Assembly (NCBI RefSeq): GCF_001194135.2 | Contig: NC_069006.1 | Location: forward strand, 11,257,774-11,296,893 | Reading direction: 5' to 3' | From: Octopus bimaculoides | Taxonomy: Eukaryota | Length of the DNA: 39,120 bases | Part shown: piece after piece, positions 33,370 to 39,120 of the stretch | Numbering within the stretch: the stretch's first letter is position 1 | Layout: the number at the start of each line of letters is the position of its first letter | Program-made: the position numbers and the translations under genes | The notes under the pieces: model-generated | Databases searched by the model: none | What the model was told of the DNA's origin: nothing | The model's input: only the letters and a program-made list of their open reading frames with translations

Positions 33370-34482
33370 TATATATATTAACTAAAGGTGGCCAACAATG
33401 ATTTCAAATTTCTTGGATATAATAGAAAAGAATTGAGTATCTTTTGTTCATTCATAAAACTACTTGTGCATGTGTGTGTGTGCAAAAGTATTTATCAGTA
33501 TGTGTACCTGTGTATATGTACACGTTTAATCAACAGACACTATGAAATTTTTCATTCTTTTCTACTTCACTAATAAACTAAATACCTCACGGTTCACTAC
33601 ATTATAACCAATGCATACAGACCTCCCACACAACAAGAACAACAGCGACAACAACCACTGCATAATCTGTATAATATCACAATGTGAGCCAAAATGAGTT
33701 TCTCAATGTCAAGCATGGGCAGCCATTTTCAAGAAATGATCCACATGAGACACAAATACATCATCATGGAGGGTGCATGACTAAATAAAAATTCTAATAA
33801 ATGTTATTTTCCTCATGAAATTAGGTGTGTCATTTAAAAAGTCCCACAAATCATGGTTTGCCAATGCCTGACATATGCTTTCACTTGATCTGCTAGCAAT
33901 AACAGTCAACTCTTACTCAAACTGTAAACCACCATCTTTAAACAACACATTGGATGATGTATTTCAGAGTCCATGGGTAAACAATGGTTAAGAAAGAAAA
34001 ATAGGAGGTGATGGGCATAGCAAGAATGGCATTAATTGTAAGACTTTTTCTCAAACTGAACTGACTTGTGGCTACACAGCAACACCACGACTTCTGCAAC
34101 CCACACAACACCTCTACACAATCATTACTACCACCATCACAATGCCCATGCAGCACCATCACTACCATACTACCACCAACACAACACTGCTACTATACAA
34201 CTACTGACAACACAACTACACCACCACTCATACTACTACCAACACCACTATGCCGGGTACTTCCAGTGGTATTTCTACATTATTGATTCTGTACTTACAA
34301 CTGAGGTACCCCCAAGTTGTATGTAGTAAAAAGATGTGGTGGTGGTGGGTACTGTTATTGTGACAGTGGTAGGGTAGAATAGAGTAGAAAGGAGGGTAGA
34401 ATAGGGTAGAAAGGAGGGTAGAACAGGGTGAGGAATGTAGCTGAGGTGCTTTTGACAAGAGCAGGTTGACATGACATTTAAA

Positions 34483-34517
<35 letters not shown>

Positions 34518-34937
34518 AAGAAAGTGAGTGAGACAGATGGATTGACAGAAAGAGTAGACATACACCCCACACACTGGACTAACATAAGAGAATACATTTT
34601 TGTAACAGACACACACGCACACACACACAATTAAACAGAGACACTAACTATTATTTTTATTATCATCTTTGAATATGACATAAAAATGACACACCAACTG
34701 ACAGGCAAGTCCAACAGTCACAAGAGATACAAAGACACATGTTAGAGTGCTTTTAGGAACATAAATTACAAAGTTCAACTTGTCATGTGTGTGTGACTGT
34801 CTATATATATACATATAAACACACATACATTATTATATATAGATCAAAAAAATAGAAGACAGACAAGCAAAGTATTTGGTGTTACTCAAGGATATCGATG
34901 TACAAACTTTGCATTTCCTACATTTTATATATATTTA

Positions 34938-35118
34938 TATTTAGAAAAAGAGTTATGGCCAGTCTATGGGGTTACCCAGGCTTTTGTGTCCATAAAACAC
35001 TTAGCTGTACAATGTCTCATCAGGCCCTAATGATGAGACATTGTAAAGCTAAGTGCTCTATGGATGTGAAACCCTAAGTAACCCCACAGACCAGCCATAG
35101 CTAATTTCTATCTAAATA
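34938..35118. mobile_element. Second foldback element made of two inverted hammerhead-like motifs
   Basis: Inverted repeat centred near 35026. TCATCAG at 35017-23 is CTGATGA on the minus strand. Right arm reads aTGATGA(35030-36)-GACAT..ATGT-GAAA(35068-71)-CCCTAAG-TA-ACCCCAC. It shares the tatggggttaccc.gg...gtccataaa module with 10906-11135. Confidence 0.7.
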
Positions 35119-35240
35119 CCCTACCATTCTATAACTTAACTCTTTCAAATTTATGATTTATTGATGATATAATGATATGTGGAAACGCCCATAGCAATGC
35201 ATTAAATGTTTATAAATTCCCTCCAAGGATTACTCTTGTT

Positions 35241-35825
35241 ACCTCCACCGTAGCAAAGGCGGAGGTGTTGTTTTCAGTCATGTTTGTTTGTTTGTCTATG
35301 AGAGCGGTCACGTTCATTTTTAGTATTCTCGTTTGTGAGAGCAGTCAAATCTATTTCAGATATTTATCTCTCATTTTGAAAATCATCTCTGCTTAATCAT
35401 TAAGAGGACATTGGTGTTGCCTTGGCAGAGGTTTGCACGCTCTGAGTGCTCTTGTTACCTACACCTTAGTGAAGGTGGAGGTATTTCTTTCAGTTGCGTT
35501 TCTTTGCTTGTTTGTTTGTTGATAGACAAGATATCTCAAGAACTGCTGGATGGATTTGGATGAAACTTTCAGAGATATTTGGCCTTGTGACTGGCACGAA
35601 CTGATTAGATTTGGGGATTGATCTGGTACCGGACAAGGATTCAAGATTATTTTACTGATTTTTTTACTTAATTTTTGAGAGTGGTCAGGTTCATTTTTAG
35701 AATTCTCATTTGTAAGAGCAGTCGAGTTTATTTCAGATATTCTCATTTTAAAAATCATCTCTGGCTAATTGTTGAGAAGACATTAGTGTTGCCTTGGTGG
35801 AGGCTTACGCTCTCTGAATGCTGTT
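35241..35825 (+). mobile_element. Two head-to-tail Helentron/DINE-1-like non-autonomous elements (35241-35456 and 35457-35825)
   Basis: Each starts TT|ACCTCC(A/G)CC...GG(C/T)GGAGGT with a (TTTG)n tract and ends gttgCCTTGG(C/T)(A/G)GAGG...cgctct..gagtgct. Confidence 0.7.
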
Positions 35826-35844
35826 ATTATTATATTTATCCTAC

Positions 35845-36062
35845 GAGGTGGTGAGCTGGCAGAATCGTAAGCACACCAGGTGAAATGCTTAGCAGTATTT
35901 CGTTTGTTTTTATGTTCTGAGTTCAAATTCTGTTGAGGTCGGCTTTGCCTTTCATCCTTTCAGGGTCGTTAAATTAAGAACCAGTTGCGTACTGGGGGGT
36001 CGATCTAATCAACTGGCTCCCTCTCACCAAATTTCAGGCCTTGTGCCTATAGTAGAAAGGAT
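35845..36062 (+). mobile_element. SINE family C
   Basis: gaggtggtgagctggcagaatcg...gagttcaaattc...ggccttgtgcctatagtagaaaggatt. Confidence 0.85.
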
Positions 36063-36230
36063 TGTGTTCTTGAGCAAAACACTTCATTTCACATTGATCC
36101 AGTCCACTCAGCTGGCAAAAATGAGTAACGCTGCGATGCACTGGTGTCCCGTCCAGCTGGGGAACACATACACCACTGAAACCGAGAAACCGGGCCCATG
36201 AGCCTGACTAGGCTTTAAAAGGGCACATTT
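36062..36230 (+). mobile_element. SINE family B-related fragment
   Basis: gtgttcttgagcaaaacacttcatttcacattgatccagtccactcagctggcaaaaatgagta CORE-like segment with a different 3' end. Confidence 0.65.
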
Positions 36231-36323
36231 ATTATTTATTATATTGCTACAGCTCAATGCAACCCCAAAAAACTGGTTCATATCCAGAACGTTTCTCAAA
36301 CAAATTGTCTCAGGCTGTCAATG

Positions 36324-36363
<40 letters not shown>

Positions 36364-36519
36364 CAATAATCCTAGGATTATTGTTATTATTATTATATTT
36401 ATCCTATATTATATCAGTAGAACTTGAGGCAACTCCAAAAAAGTGTTTCACGAGTCAGCATCATTAGTCTGTGGCTGGCATAATGAAATAGGAGCTTCAT
36501 TTGCATAGTGAACACATTT

Positions 36520-36682
36520 CCCCCCACTACACTCTCGGAGTGGTTGGCATTAGGAAGGGCATCCAGCTGTAGAAACCTTGCCAGATCAGATTGGAGCCTA
36601 GTGCAGCCACTGGCTTTCCAGACCTCAGCCAAACTGTCCAACCCATGTCAGCATGGAAAACAGATGTAAACAATGATGATGA
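36520..36682 (+). mobile_element. RTE 3'-tail-derived repeat
   Basis: cactacactctcggagtggttggcattaggaagggcatccagctgtagaaac...catggaaaacagatgtaaacaatgatgatgat. Confidence 0.8.
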
Positions 36683-36696
36683 TATATATATATAGA

Positions 36697-36860
36697 TGCA
36701 GGAGTGGCTGTGTGGTAAGAAGCTTGCTCCCTAACCACAGGGTTTCCGGTTCAGTCCCACTACATGGCACCTTGAGCTAGTGTCTCCTACTATAGTCTCA
36801 GGCTGATCAAAGCTTTGTGAATGGATTTGGTAGACGGAAACTGAAAGAAGCCTATCATAT
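36697..36860 (+). mobile_element. SINE family A head
   Basis: gcaggagtggctgtgtggtaagaagcttgc...ggttcagtccc...gacggaaactgaaagaagcc. Confidence 0.85.
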
Positions 36861-36897
36861 ATATGTATACATATACATATGTATGTATTTGTGTGTG

Positions 36898-37215
36898 AAG
36901 ACACATGGCTCAGTGGTTAGAGTGTTGAGCTTATGATCGTCAGATTGTGAGTTCGAATCCCGGACCGGGCAGCGTGTTGTGTTCTTGAGCAAGACACTTT
37001 ATTTCACGTTGCTGCAGTTCAATCAGCTGTAGAAATGAGTTGCGACGTCTCAGGTGCCACGCTGTATCGGCCTTTGCCTTTCCCTTGGATAACACTGGTG
37101 GTATGGAGAGGGGAAGCCTGTATACATGGGTGACTGCTGGTCTTCCATAAACAAACTTGCCCGGACTTGTGCCTCAAAGGGTAACTTTCTAGGTGCAATC
37201 CCATGGTCAGTCATG
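36898..37215 (+). mobile_element. SINE family B (tRNA head plus CORE-like domain)
   Basis: A box TGGCTCAGTGG at 36906-16 and a perfect B box GTTCGAATCC at 36951-60. Confidence 0.9.
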
Positions 37216-37439
37216 GGATTTTAACGCAAAATTTCATGTTGGCTCTTTGTTCCTGTCCATTACATCACAGACTACAGCATACAAAAACACAAATTTCACA
37301 ACTTACAAAGTAAACACAGCAATGTTGCCAGGCACACTGCGGTGTGCTGCCATCTGTTGGCACCCTACAGAACTACTCCAGGAACTTTTCAATACCCCCT
37401 CGTATATTATAATGTATGTAATGATGATTTTTCTAATTT

Positions 37440-37630
37440 TGATACAAAGCCAGTAATTTCAAGGGTAGGGGGTAAGTTAATTACTTGACTGGTAATTTAT
37501 TTTATTGACCCAGAAGGAAGAAAGGCAAAGTTGACCTCAGAGGAATTTGAACTGAGGATATACAGAGCCAGAAGAACTGTTGCTAAGCATTTTGTTCAAT
37601 GTATAACAATTCTGCCTGCCAACTGCCTTA
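37440..37630 (-). mobile_element. SINE family C, diverged
   Basis: gaaaggcaaagttgacctcagaggaatttgaactg...aagcattttgttc. Confidence 0.75.
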
Positions 37631-37689
37631 TGTGTAACAATAATAATAATGAGTTTATTGTGTACTGTGTTCAGGCACAGTTCATAAGA

Positions 37690-38270
37690 AAAGGGTAAGA
37701 GAGGGGACAGAAAGTAGAAATGAGCCAGGGAAAAGAAAGGTAGCGATGAAAGTTAGATGTACGTGTATAACAGTGAACAGGATAAAACAGAAAAGCAAAC
37801 ATTAAAAGAGTCATGAAGCAGAAAAGTTTCACAGGCACTCTTTGAGGAGCAATGTTGATGACTTTCAAGAAGCATGGAATTTTTTGAAGAATATAGTGTC
37901 CTTGCAGTGATGCAGGTGTTGCCGGTAGTTTATTTCACACTTTGATAATTCTGAGTATGATAAAAAATGTTTCCAAAATTCATAGGGATCGCTTTTGTTT
38001 GATTTTATAAGCTTGTCCGCAGGTGATAGAGAAACTGAATTTAAAAAAAGTAGCTAAAGTTGTTGTTGCTGTTGGAAAGGCAGTGGATAATCTTGTGGGC
38101 TTCTAGTAACTCAGGTGTCAGACATTGAAACTTTAGCGTGTCGGTGCCCAGAGAAGCAATACATTCAAGATATGGTGACAGACAGAAGGTATTCACTTGG
38201 TTGCCTGTCCCTAGACAACTTCCAGCAGATCAGTATTCTAGACAAGCTGGGGGTTGCAGACTGGAAAAGC
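37690..38270 (-). mobile_element. CR1-type LINE 3' fragment, diverged
   Basis: Its reverse complement is colinear with 27430-27860 (caagtgaatacctt; gaagcccacaagattatccac; tggaaacatttttt). Confidence 0.7.
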
Positions 38271-38299
38271 AAACTGTAAGTGTAGATGCATCATGGCTG

Positions 38300-38480
38300 T
38301 ATCATCACTATCAATGTCTGTTTTCATGCTAGCATTGGTAGAATGGGTTGACAGGAGCTAACAAGCCTGGGGACTGCATCAAGCTGCAGTGTCTGGCTCG
38401 GCATAGTTTCTATGGCTGGGTGCCCTTCCTAACACCAACCACTTCACAGAACATACAGAGTGGTTTTATGTGGTACAAGC
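38300..38480 (-). mobile_element. RTE 3'-tail-derived repeat, diverged
   Basis: tcaatgtctgttttcatgctagcattggtagaatgggttgacagg...gggtgcccttcctaacaccaaccac. Confidence 0.7.
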
Positions 38481-38827
38481 AGCATTAACTTCGAAGGCAT
38501 GACTTCTCAAATGAAGGGAGGAGGCTTTATGCCAAGAATCAAAAGGTTAGAGTATAAAAGAAGAACAGAAACTGATGTTTTGCAGTATACAGTCTTACAT
38601 ATCCAGCTTTAAATAACATTAGATGTTATATTGATCTAAACCATCCTAGCCATGCAAGGCCAGCAAGTGTAAAAATTTAACAATAGAGTATTTGTTTTAA
38701 AACGGAATGTGCTTTAATGTTCCTGGTGTTGTTATAGCATTTCCTCTGTTTGTTGTGTGGAGCAGGTATTGTGTGACTGTGACTGGTGTTACTTTGCTGG
38801 GTGGTGAGACACAGATACGTTCAGATG

Positions 38828-38990
38828 CAGGCATGGCTGTCTAAGAAGCTTGTTTCATAGCCACATAGCTGTGGGTTTAGTCCCACTGCATGGCACTTTG
38901 GTTGAGTGTCTTCTATTGTAGCACTGGCCAACCAAAGTCTTATGAGTGTGGATTTGACAGGCAAAAGCTGAAAGAAGCACACTGTATTTA
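38828..38990 (+). mobile_element. SINE family A head, diverged
   Basis: gcaggcatggctgtctaagaagcttg...tttagtcccactgcatggcac...aactgaaagaagc. Confidence 0.7.
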
Positions 38991-39120
38991 TGCATGTATA
39001 TATATAATAATATATGTATGTATGTATGTGTATATAGTAATAAATGTATGTATCTTATCTTTTACTTGTTTCATTCATTTGACTGCGGCCATGCAGGGGC
39101 AAATATGTATATGTGTATAT

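Noticed and set aside
36898-36975. tRNA gene suggested by strong A and B boxes
   Set aside because: It continues directly into the CORE-like SINE body shared with 11221-11590, and no complete cloverleaf is evident.

Overview
AT-rich, microsatellite- and retroposon-dense eukaryotic scaffold with 10 N-gaps. The repeat families suggest an octopod cephalopod (inference). The only host gene I can support is a minus-strand LPP/zyxin/TRIP6-family LIM gene, seen as two phase-compatible coding exons: a large Pro/Ser-rich pre-LIM exon (8217-7293, interrupted by a gap) and the LIM1 exon (3335-3234). I could not find its 5' exons or the LIM2/LIM3 exons with confidence. The rest is intronic or upstream sequence filled with three tRNA-type SINE families, RTE 3'-tail elements, relics of RTE, CR1 and Penelope-like retroelements, piggyBac-, mariner- and pogo-type MITEs, Helentron-type non-autonomous elements and microsatellites. 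Nearly all ORFs in the supplied track are microsatellite, gap or repeat artefacts. The most interesting observation is a pair of related foldback elements (10906-11135 and about 34938-35118). Each is built from two inverted copies of a type I hammerhead ribozyme-like motif, so that each strand carries one. Two further stand-alone hammerhead-like motifs lie at 231-335 and 8607-8642. All of these are hand-folded, partly decayed and unconfirmed by covariance search or cleavage assay. Repeat boundaries are approximate (about 10-20 bp).
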